A DNA stretch of 40,896 nt. Source: a virus. Taxonomy: Duplodnaviria; Heunggongvirae; Uroviricota; Caudoviricetes. The stretch is taken from IMG/VR virus record IMGVR_UViG_2558309052_000002; one strand, written 5' to 3'. The position numbers were made by a program, and so were the translations under genes. Of the stretch, positions 26,787-34,107 are shown one piece after another. Position 1 is the stretch's first letter. Each line of letters opens with the position of its first letter. A model generated the notes under the pieces. It was not told where the DNA came from and searched no databases. It saw only the letters and a list, made by a program, of their open reading frames with translations.

Positions 26787-26825
26787 GGAGACAGCATCAC
26801 AAATACAGGGCGCGAAGGATTTTAA
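26787..26825 (-). promoter_or_regulatory. late-promoter-like motif (copy 1), upstream of the lysis cassette
   Basis: TTTAAAATC-N23-CTGTCTCC on the minus strand, 19 nt upstream of the holin ATG; C-rich tract upstream; the CTGTCTCC box can pair with the RBS region (GGAGACA). Confidence 0.55.
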
Positions 26826-26962
26826 AGCGCGTTAAGAGAGCCGGGGATACGGGATGTGCAGGATAAACGATGAATTATTCACAGAGGAGAATACGATATG
26901 ACGCAGACACTGAATCCGGTCATCACTGTCACCGTGTCCGGTCCTGTGGGCAGCGGTAAAAG

Positions 26963-26990
26963 TTACCGTACTGGCGCGAATAGAGGTAAG
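26963..26990. repeat. 28-bp direct repeat, left copy, flanking the IS66-family element
   Basis: TTACCGTACTGGCGCGAATAGAGGTAAG, identical to 29514-29541. The last 5 nt overlap the IS terminus GTAAG. Confidence 0.9.
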
Positions 26991-27015
26991 CGTCAACGGA
27001 GCACCGTATTGACGC

Positions 27016-28629
27016 TTATTTATTGGTGAGTACTACGTTCCATGGCAGGAGTTCGTCAACTCGGTTGGAAGGCCATTCCGGCAGTACGCTCAGGATATGG
27101 CGCAGATACGCTTCCGGATCGATACCGTTCAGACGGCAGGTGCCGATCAGCCCGTACAACAGTGCTCCACGCTCGCCGCCGTGATCGCTGCCAAAGAACA
27201 TAAAGTTTTTCTTTCCGAGACAGACTGCACGAAGCGCTCTTTCCGCAGCATTATTATCCGCCTCCGCCAGACCGTCATCACTGTAATAACAGAGGGCATC
27301 CCACTGATTCAGTACATAGCTGAACGCTTCGCCCAGTCTGGATTTTTTCGACAGCGTACCATTCTTCTCCACCATCCATTCATGCAGCGACGTCAGTAAC
27401 ACTTTGCTTCGCTGCTGCCTGACGGCAAGACGCTCTGACTCCGGTAATCCCCGTATTTCATCCTCGATGGCGTACAGTTCACTGATTCGCTTCAGGGCTT
27501 CTTCTGCCGTCGCACTTTTGCTGCTGATGTATACATCGTGGATTTTTCGCCGGGCATGGGCCCAGCACGCAACTTCTGTCAGTGCACCACCTTCACGTTC
27601 TGCACTGAACAACCTGTCGTAACCTGTGAACGCATCCGCCTGCAGGATACCCCGGAAGGGGCGGAGGTGTTGCTCCGGGTGTTTCCCCTGCCGGTTCGGC
27701 GAGTACGCGAACCAGACCGCTGGAGGAGATGACGAACCCACATTGCGATCATCCCGGACATACGTCCAGATACGCCCTGTTTTCGCCTTTTTCTGACCCG
27801 GTGCCAGTACCTTTACCGGTGTGTCATCAGTGTGAACCTTGCGGGTGTTCATTACATAACGGTACAGGGCATCATTCACCGGTGTCATTAACTGGCAGCA
27901 CGCGTCAACCCAGTTGGAGAGTAAGGCCCGGCTCAGTTCGACACCCTGGCGGGCAAAGATTTCACTCTGACGATACAGTGGCAGATGTTCGCAGTATTTT
28001 CCCGTTAACACGCGGGCAAGTAATCCGGGGCCCGCGATACCACGCTCTATCGGGCGGGACGGCGCCGGTGCTTCAACAATACAGTCACATTTTGTACAGG
28101 CTTTTTTTACCCGTTCTGTGCGGATCACTTTCAGGGCACTGCTCACCAGTTCCAGCTGTTCAGCGCTGACTTCCCCCAGATAATCCAGCTCACCGCCACA
28201 CTCCGGGCAACAGCTTTCTTCTGGCTCCAGGCGGTGTATTTCACGGGGAAGGTGTGCCGGTAACGGACGACGATGGCGCGACTGTCGCAACTGGCGGGGA
28301 ACCTGAGGATCGTCTTCCCGCCCACTGTAACGATCGCTGTCCTGTTCACGTTGTTTCAGCAGAGCCTCAGCCAGTTCAACTTCACGACGCAGTTTTTCAG
28401 AACGGGTACCGAACAGCATCCGGCGCAGTTTTTCTATCTGAGCCCGCAGATGTTCTATTTCCCGTTCATCTTCTTCGATCTTTTCTTCGGCACGTGTCAG
28501 TGCAGAGCGCAGGAAGGCTTCCGTCTCTTCAACCAGACTCAGTTGCTGGTCTTTCTGACGGAGGGCTTCAGCCTGCTCAGAGAGCAACCTTTCCAGCTCT
28601 GCGATGCGAATGAGGTATTTCTGACTCAT
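27016..28629 (-). CDS. IS66-family transposase (TnpC / orf3)
   Basis: 537 aa, N-terminal coiled coil, CxxC...CxxC zinc-ribbon region and DDE-type core; typical IS66 transposase architecture. Confidence 0.9.
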   Translation of the reverse strand: MSQKYLIRIAELERLLSEQAEALRQKDQQLSLVEETEAFLRSALTRAEEKIEEDEREIEHLRAQIEKLRRMLFGTRSEKLRREVELAEALLKQREQDSDRYSGREDDPQVPRQLRQSRHRRPLPAHLPREIHRLEPEESCCPECGGELDYLGEVSAEQLELVSSALKVIRTERVKKACTKCDCIVEAPAPSRPIERGIAGPGLLARVLTGKYCEHLPLYRQSEIFARQGVELSRALLSNWVDACCQLMTPVNDALYRYVMNTRKVHTDDTPVKVLAPGQKKAKTGRIWTYVRDDRNVGSSSPPAVWFAYSPNRQGKHPEQHLRPFRGILQADAFTGYDRLFSAEREGGALTEVACWAHARRKIHDVYISSKSATAEEALKRISELYAIEDEIRGLPESERLAVRQQRSKVLLTSLHEWMVEKNGTLSKKSRLGEAFSYVLNQWDALCYYSDDGLAEADNNAAERALRAVCLGKKNFMFFGSDHGGERGALLYGLIGTCRLNGIDPEAYLRHILSVLPEWPSNRVDELLPWNVVLTNK

Positions 28630-28659
28630 GACCGTTTTTATAATGCGGTCAGGAGTTTT

Positions 28660-29010
28660 TTACAACATTGTCAGTGAGTTACGGCTGGATGTTTTTGGCT
28701 GACGCCAGTCCAGCTTATCGAGGAGCATTGCCAGTTGCGAGCGGGTAATGGATACCTTGCCGTCACGTACCGCAGGCCAGATAAACTGGCCTTCCTCCAG
28801 GCGTTTGGTGAACAGGCACAGACCATCAGCATCAGCCCAAAGAATTTTGACGGTGTCACCCCGTCGGCCACGGAAGATAAACAGGTGACCGGAGAAGGGA
28901 TTATCATTCAGCACATGTTGTACCTGTTCTCCCAGTCCGTTGAAGGATTTACGCATATCGGTAACGCCGGCAACGAGCCAGATACGGGTACCTGATGGGA
29001 GTGAGATCAT
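28660..29010 (-). CDS. IS66-family accessory protein TnpB (orf2)
   Basis: 116 aa, MISLPSGTRIWLVAGVTDMRKSFNGLGEQV...; recognisable IS66 Orf2 family. Confidence 0.9.
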   Translation of the reverse strand: MISLPSGTRIWLVAGVTDMRKSFNGLGEQVQHVLNDNPFSGHLFIFRGRRGDTVKILWADADGLCLFTKRLEEGQFIWPAVRDGKVSITRSQLAMLLDKLDWRQPKTSSRNSLTML

Positions 29011-29432
29011 CTTCCCCTCCCGGTCAGTTCACGGATCAACACTGTGAGCAGCTCTGGCGATGGATTTTCCAGCGTCATGTTACCGTGACGGAATTCCACC
29101 TTGCAGGAACTGGCACTGACTCTGGTCTGAGTGGAAGTGGATAAAGACGGCGCAATGGCCGCCACAGGTTCTTTCTGCTCATCCGGCGTTATTTCTACAG
29201 GTAATAATTCAACGCCAGTGTCAGAAGAGGTCGTTACCGGAAGACGCCGCGAAACACGCCCTTCGTTCTGCCAGAGCCTGAGCCATTTGAAAATAACATT
29301 ATCATTGACGCCATTTTCACGTGCAATCTGTGCAACACAAGCTCCAGGTTGTGATGCCAGTTCCACCATACGAAGTTTGAATTCATTCGAATAGTTTTTA
29401 CGAGGTTCTTTTCGCCAGTCCTGTAATTCCAT
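29007..29432 (-). CDS. IS66-family accessory protein TnpA (orf1)
   Basis: 141 aa, helix-turn-helix-like N-terminus (MVELASQPGACVAQIARENGVNDNVIFKWLR); overlaps orf2 by 4 nt. Confidence 0.85.
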   Translation of the reverse strand: MELQDWRKEPRKNYSNEFKLRMVELASQPGACVAQIARENGVNDNVIFKWLRLWQNEGRVSRRLPVTTSSDTGVELLPVEITPDEQKEPVAAIAPSLSTSTQTRVSASSCKVEFRHGNMTLENPSPELLTVLIRELTGRGR

Positions 29433-29513
29433 ACTTAGATGTCCGTCTATATCAGATGGGCGTCTAAGTTACCAATTCTCGTCTGATGGCTACATACGGC
29501 GGTCAGTTTACGC

Positions 29514-29541
29514 TTACCGTACTGGCGCGAATAGAGGTAAG
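29514..29541. repeat. 28-bp direct repeat, right copy, flanking the IS66-family element
   Basis: TTACCGTACTGGCGCGAATAGAGGTAAG, identical to 26963-26990. The first 4 nt overlap the IS terminus ...CTTAC. Confidence 0.9.
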
Positions 29542-30179
29542 TGGTGAAACAGGAATTCGGAAACAGCGTCATTGTCGACGCCGCAGACGTGGACGGTGAG
29601 CGCCGTATGAGTGGGGATGATCTGAGCACATGGCAGAAACCACGGGCTGGCACAGTGATCAGGCTGGAGGAATACACGGGACAGGGCCTGTTGTCATACG
29701 GCGAGGAGCGTATCTGTCGGACGAATGAGCTGCTGGATGTTATATGCCCCACGGGCCGGCAACCCTGGATACTGCCCGATGCACTGCATGCCACCATTGC
29801 GGCACTGATGACAGTTTACGATCAGGAGCTGCTCATGAAGGAGTTACGTAAACTCACTGGTCAGTCAACAGAATGTTGTTCGTCCCCGAAGTACGGCAAA
29901 CAGGAACACATCCCGATTAACCAGCCTCCCCGGTTCTTCGACGAATACCTTCTGACACCGGAAAATAAAGCTGAGCATGAAGAGATCAAAGCGGCGTTGT
30001 TCCGGGAAATCAGGAAGATTGCTGAAATGCAACTGGAGGGCGGGCTGGACAGAGTGATGGCGAGAGGAGAATGGGCATCGCTGTTTGAAAGAGTTTCCCC
30101 GGAATTACTTCCCCTCGCACTGGCTATCGGGATTATGCAGACAGCGGATAAACCTCACTTACGTTCATTAAACACGTAA
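29541..30179 (+). CDS. hypothetical protein
   Basis: 212-codon ORF from GTG at 29541 (alternative ATG at 29607); no family I recognise. Start lies inside the right flanking repeat of the IS, so its native 5' context is disrupted. Confidence 0.45.
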   Translation: MVKQEFGNSVIVDAADVDGERRMSGDDLSTWQKPRAGTVIRLEEYTGQGLLSYGEERICRTNELLDVICPTGRQPWILPDALHATIAALMTVYDQELLMKELRKLTGQSTECCSSPKYGKQEHIPINQPPRFFDEYLLTPENKAEHEEIKAALFREIRKIAEMQLEGGLDRVMARGEWASLFERVSPELLPLALAIGIMQTADKPHLRSLNT

Positions 30180-30559
30180 CGCATAATCCGGGATACGCAT
30201 TCAGCGATGACTGCATTTTCACCGGTTTTTACTGCATCCAGAAGTGACTCTTTAAATGGTACGGGCCGGGGCTGCAGAAAGGTCGGCATGGCATTGAGCA
30301 GACAGAGCGTTTTTTCCGTGAGGACGACATCAGCCGCTCCCACAGCCAGCAACTGAGAGTAACGAATATAGCTGTTATCCCGAAGCCATATCAGCGTATC
30401 AATAAAACACCGGCACTTTTTCTGGTCGTGATCAACCTGGTCCGGGATATCGAAAAAACCAGAATAAATCAAAACCTGAGGTGCCGGATGCGTGTTCAGT
30501 AATCGGCAGAATATTTTGCCGGTGAGTACATAAAAATCATCATTTAAGGAGTGCATCAT
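30155..30559 (-). CDS. hypothetical protein
   Basis: 134-aa ORF convergent with the previous ORF (25-nt overlap); weak GGGGA RBS; no recognisable motif. Confidence 0.35.
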   Translation of the reverse strand: MMHSLNDDFYVLTGKIFCRLLNTHPAPQVLIYSGFFDIPDQVDHDQKKCRCFIDTLIWLRDNSYIRYSQLLAVGAADVVLTEKTLCLLNAMPTFLQPRPVPFKESLLDAVKTGENAVIAECVSRIMRYVFNERK

Positions 30560-30773
30560 GAATCCCCGATTAACGTTAACAGAACATCAGCGCCGTGCTG
30601 AAGCAGTGAACAATGTTCTGGAAGATATTATCCGGTTATACCGCGGAGAACTGAGTGTCTGTCGTGCCGCTTTTCATTTTCAGGGAATACAAAAGCAGTT
30701 TGATACTTCTGTTTTTGCAGAAGGTATTACTTATGCCCTGGACCGGATAAGGTCAGAAAATCGCCCCGGATAA
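30558..30773 (+). CDS. hypothetical small protein
   Basis: 71-aa ORF with a strong RBS (AAGGAG, 6 nt spacing); predicted helical; no recognisable family. Confidence 0.45.
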   Translation: MNPRLTLTEHQRRAEAVNNVLEDIIRLYRGELSVCRAAFHFQGIQKQFDTSVFAEGITYALDRIRSENRPG

Positions 30774-30827
30774 TCCCTAAACCACATTAACAGAAATCCC
30801 GCCATCCCTGCCGCATCATGAAAGAAC

Positions 30828-30859
30828 GACCAGCCCGGCACCCGAAAGCCGGGCTGGTC
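30828..30859. other. perfect 12-bp stem-loop
   Basis: GACCAGCCCGGC-acccgaaa-GCCGGGCTGGTC, between the 71-aa ORF and the methyltransferase gene; no U-tract on the + side, weak U-rich tract on the - side. Confidence 0.5.
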
Positions 30860-30963
30860 ATCGCCCCACAGGAATGCGCTGTGAGCCGACCAAGGTTCAG
30901 TCAGTCTCGCGAGACCTGACCAGACTGCCATATTTTTTAATAATTGTAAAAGGCTTGCAGATT

Positions 30964-31728
30964 ATGAAAATGCAGACATTACCCATCGTGCCGTGGATTG
31001 GTGGCAAACGCCGCCTTGCAAAACACATTCTGCCGCTGTTTCCGGCGCATGAATGTTATGTGGAGCCGTTTTGTGGGGCAGCAGCGCTCTATTTTCTTAA
31101 GACACCCGGCAAGATCGAAGTCATCAATGATATCAACGGTGAACTGGTGAATCTGTACCGGGTGGTAAAGCATCACCTGGAAGAATTTGTCCGCCAGTTC
31201 AAATGGGCGCTGGTCAGCCGTCAGATCTACAAATGGCTGCAGATCACCCCGGAAGAAACACTGACGGATATCCAGCGTGCGGCACGGTTCTACTACCTTC
31301 AGAAGCAGGCGTTTGGCGGCAAGGTGGCAGAGCACAGCTTCGGTACCTCCACCACATCCCCGCCACGCTTCAACCTGCTACGTATTGAAGAAGAACTGTC
31401 AGCGGCACACCTGCGGCTTTCCAGAACAGTCATAGAACACATGGACTGGCAACAGTGCATTGAGCGTTATGATCGTCCGCACACGCTGTTCTACTGCGAC
31501 CCACCGTACCTGGGTACGGAAGGCTATGGTGTGGATTTTCCTGAAGGGAACTACTCGCGGCTGGCAGAGCTGGCCCGGTGCATCAGAGGAAAAATGATAA
31601 TTTCGGTGAACGACATCCCGCAGATGCGCGAGGTGTTCACTGGACTGAACATACAGACAGTGAATATCAACTACAGTCTGGCGGGTAAACCCACGCCGCG
31701 CCGTGAACTGCTAATCTGCAACTTCTGA
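30964..31728 (+). CDS. DNA adenine methyltransferase (Dam-family, N6-adenine)
   Basis: From the ATG at 30964: MKMQTLPIVPWIGGKRRLAKHILPLFPAHECYVEPFCGAAALYF... (AdoMet-binding region) and ...FYCDPPYLGTEGYG... (DPPY catalytic motif), co-linear with E. coli Dam. Target sequence cannot be read from the protein. Confidence 0.85.
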   Translation: MKMQTLPIVPWIGGKRRLAKHILPLFPAHECYVEPFCGAAALYFLKTPGKIEVINDINGELVNLYRVVKHHLEEFVRQFKWALVSRQIYKWLQITPEETLTDIQRAARFYYLQKQAFGGKVAEHSFGTSTTSPPRFNLLRIEEELSAAHLRLSRTVIEHMDWQQCIERYDRPHTLFYCDPPYLGTEGYGVDFPEGNYSRLAELARCIRGKMIISVNDIPQMREVFTGLNIQTVNINYSLAGKPTPRRELLICNF

Positions 31729-31734
31729 AACAAA

Positions 31735-31759
31735 ACCGGAAAGCACAATGCTTTCCGGT
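31735..31759 (-). terminator. putative terminator downstream of the repressor gene
   Basis: Hairpin ACCGGAAAGC-acaat-GCTTTCCGGT; on the minus strand it is followed by TTTGTTTC. Confidence 0.45.
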
Positions 31760-31844
31760 AAACCAAACAACTTCCACTATGTCACTGGCGATGTTTTCTG
31801 AAAGCATCCAGATCAACCACCTGTCCTTTGTGTCCGGGTCAGTA

Positions 31845-32201
31845 TCAGCCTGCGATTTTTCCTGGTTTTGGCTGAGTATAGAATCGCCCAATCTCAAGAA
31901 ATGAGCGTTGTTGGTCTGGTGTCATGTCGTCAAAAGTATCTATTAGTTTTTGTTTTTCTGGGGAAATTTGATTCTGGTTTCTAGTCATACCATCTGTGCT
32001 CATTCCAGTGAGCAACCAATTTACATCAACATTAAACTCTTGATGCATCTTTAACAGAAACTCCCCTCCAGGCATCGCCTTTCCATTTTCAATCTGACTG
32101 ATACCACCATTAGAAATACCTAAACGAGCTGCAAATTCTCTCTGGTTCAACCCTGCTTTCTTCCTCACAGAAATAACGCGCTCTCCTATATCTTTGCTCA
32201 T
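31845..32201 (-). CDS. CI-like phage repressor (XRE-family helix-turn-helix)
   Basis: 118 aa, MSKDIGERVISVRKKAGLNQREFAARLGISNGGISQIENGK... canonical XRE HTH; divergent from the early operon; operator half-site overlaps its start codon. Confidence 0.85.
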   Translation of the reverse strand: MSKDIGERVISVRKKAGLNQREFAARLGISNGGISQIENGKAMPGGEFLLKMHQEFNVDVNWLLTGMSTDGMTRNQNQISPEKQKLIDTFDDMTPDQQRSFLEIGRFYTQPKPGKIAG

Positions 32202-32218
32202 AAAAGTGAATCTCTATC

Positions 32219-32248
32219 TTGATATGCTCATAATTATGAGCAATAATC
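32219..32248 (+). promoter_or_regulatory. early promoter candidate (TTGATA-N18-ATAATC)
   Basis: -35-like TTGATA (32219-32224) and -10-like ATAATC (32243-32248); the 18-nt spacer is exactly the operator palindrome; sits between the repressor and the early operon. Confidence 0.5.
32225..32242. promoter_or_regulatory. operator: perfect 18-bp palindrome
   Basis: TGCTCATAATTATGAGCA is its own reverse complement; an additional half-site TGCTCATAA lies at 32195-32203 across the repressor start codon. Confidence 0.7.
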
Positions 32249-32294
32249 TAACACATATAAGGCAAACATCATTGCATCAACAAAGGAGACAACG

Positions 32295-32483
32295 ATGACT
32301 GCAGAACAAGTCAAAGCTCTCTTCCGCCAGCGCGGGATCACTTTCACCCGCTGGGCAGAAGAAAACGGCTACAACCGCAATGAGGTATACCGCGTTCTCA
32401 ACGGGCAGACCAAAGCCCGTTACGGTAAATCCCATGAAATCGCCGTGAAGTTGGGACTGAAATCAACAGCTCAGGCGGCCTAA
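32295..32483 (+). CDS. Ner-like / Cro-like small DNA-binding regulator
   Basis: 62 aa, first gene of the early operon (RBS AGGAG); ...FTRWAEENGYNRNEVYRVLNGQ...HEIAVKLGL... resembles the Ner/Nlp family pattern. Confidence 0.6.
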   Translation: MTAEQVKALFRQRGITFTRWAEENGYNRNEVYRVLNGQTKARYGKSHEIAVKLGLKSTAQAA

Positions 32484-32529
32484 ATATTTTGAGTCTTTGT
32501 AAAAGGTTATCACATATCGCAAAAGAGGT

Positions 32530-32844
32530 ATGCAGATGAGTAAGACGAATGTTTCAAGCTCCGGCAGTCGCATCCTCCGGGTACTCAAAGCGCTGCGCGG
32601 TCATGCCCTGAACGGTATTTCTAACGGTGAACTGGCGACAGCACTGCACGAGTCACCGGCAAACATCAACCGGGCACTCAACACCCTCATTGAAGAAGGG
32701 CTGGCTCTGAAACTGGAGAACGGACGTTTTGCACCGGGCATCCAGTTACTGCAGATCGCCATGGCCCACAGTAACGAGATGGCACGTGCACAGGATCGTA
32801 TTAACGAAATTAACCAACGTGTCATTTCAGGTAGTCGTTTGTAA
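32530..32844 (+). CDS. hypothetical DNA-binding protein (winged-helix-like)
   Basis: 104 aa, RILRVLKALRGHALNGISNGELATALHESPANINRALNTLIEEGLA suggests a winged-helix HTH; no counterpart between ner and A in canonical Mu. Confidence 0.4.
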   Translation: MQMSKTNVSSSGSRILRVLKALRGHALNGISNGELATALHESPANINRALNTLIEEGLALKLENGRFAPGIQLLQIAMAHSNEMARAQDRINEINQRVISGSRL

Positions 32845-32854
32845 GGAGTAATCA

Positions 32855-33775
32855 ATGGGACGTACCAAATCACCGATTAACACTGAACTGAACGCCGATG
32901 TACCGCTGTCGGATGATCTCAACGTCAGCCTGAATGCCATGACACAGCATCGCATGGAGATCATGCAGCAGTTTGGTGATGGACTGCCTTATGAACGTGA
33001 ACGCATCGTTCACGAAGCACGTTTTTATATGGCGCAGAGTGCTGAATCTATGTTGGAAGCGGGTAAGCGGCTGATCATCTTAAAAGAAAATGAACCGCAT
33101 GGTGATTTCACAAATATTCTGGAAAACGACCTCGGATTAGCACCACAGGTAGCTCGTCGCATGATGCAGGCCAGCGTGAAATTTCTCGGCAATGGAGATG
33201 AACAGCCAAAACGCTCAGCGCTGAGCGTTTTGGGAAAAACCAAGTTATATGAACTGATGGTTCTGGATGACGAAGAACTCGACGCATTAGCTGATGGTGG
33301 AACCGTCGCCGGTGCAACGCTTGATGATATTGATCGCATGACCAGCCGCGAACTGAAGGCCGCCCTGCGTGAAGCGCGCGAAACCAACGCAGCTCAGCAA
33401 CAGGTGCTTGCCGGAAAGGACGAAAAAATCAACGAACTGGCCACAAAACTGGAGAAGAAATCGCGCCTGCAACCTCCGCCGCCAGACGAAGAACTGAAAA
33501 AATTGCGGGCGGAAGTGACGGCATTAGCGGTTGAGGCCGAATCGGCTATCGCCGTCCGGCTGTCCAGTGTTTTTGAGACCCTGTGTGAATACTGCACCAA
33601 AAACATGATCGATACCCCCAGAGATTTCATGGCCGGTCTGGTCTGCCAGATTGAACGCAGTGTTCATGCATTACGTGAGACGTTTGACCTTGAGGCCGCT
33701 CCATCGGGTAACGATGCCCCCGCCTGGCTGACCGAACCGGAACCTGAAATCAACCGACCGGAGGATATGCAGTAA
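32855..33775 (+). CDS. hypothetical protein (early region)
   Basis: 306 aa with a central coiled-coil and acidic C-terminus; no family I can name. Confidence 0.5.
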   Translation: MGRTKSPINTELNADVPLSDDLNVSLNAMTQHRMEIMQQFGDGLPYERERIVHEARFYMAQSAESMLEAGKRLIILKENEPHGDFTNILENDLGLAPQVARRMMQASVKFLGNGDEQPKRSALSVLGKTKLYELMVLDDEELDALADGGTVAGATLDDIDRMTSRELKAALREARETNAAQQQVLAGKDEKINELATKLEKKSRLQPPPPDEELKKLRAEVTALAVEAESAIAVRLSSVFETLCEYCTKNMIDTPRDFMAGLVCQIERSVHALRETFDLEAAPSGNDAPAWLTEPEPEINRPEDMQ

Positions 33776-34092
33776 TGAATACGAATAACACACAAAATAC
33801 CCTGATGGACAGCCCGGAGGCACTGGGGCACGCACTGTGTAATCTGCTGCCGGAGATGGTGCAGGGTTTCCGCGTGGTGACCCCTTCCGGTGAAATCTGC
33901 GTACCCGCACAGGAGACGCACCCGTTTGTACTGACGATGGAGGTGATGCTGATGCAGCAGATAAGACGTCTGCAGAATCAGTCAGCATTACGCCCGGTAG
34001 TTGCACCGCAACCGGTAAATACCGTGGTGAAAACCTGCGATGGCGAAACACTGTGCGACCTCGCCAGAAAAATTGCCGCCAGAATCGGATAA
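33775..34092 (+). CDS. hypothetical protein (early region)
   Basis: 105-aa ORF whose ATG overlaps the upstream stop; immediately upstream of the transposase gene. Confidence 0.45.
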   Translation: MNTNNTQNTLMDSPEALGHALCNLLPEMVQGFRVVTPSGEICVPAQETHPFVLTMEVMLMQQIRRLQNQSALRPVVAPQPVNTVVKTCDGETLCDLARKIAARIG

Positions 34093-34107
34093 CAGGGAAG
34101 ACAAGCT

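Larger units (their letters stand above)
26986..29517 (-). mobile_element. IS66-family insertion sequence (three-ORF type)
   Basis: Ends GTAAGCGTCAACGG... and ...CAGTTTACGCTTAC form imperfect terminal inverted repeats starting 5'-GTAAGCG; encodes the three typical IS66 ORFs; about 2.53 kb. Confidence 0.9.

Noticed and set aside
26898-30179. Single P-loop NTPase gene simply split by the IS66 insertion (N-terminus at 26898 joined to the ORF at 29541)
   Set aside because: Removing the IS plus one repeat copy leaves the frames offset by one nucleotide and gives a stop after 32 codons, so a clean split is not supported. Kept as an open question in findings.
30828-30859. Stem-loop as a canonical intrinsic terminator for the 71-aa ORF
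   Set aside because: No U-tract follows on the plus strand. Recorded as a structural feature of uncertain role.
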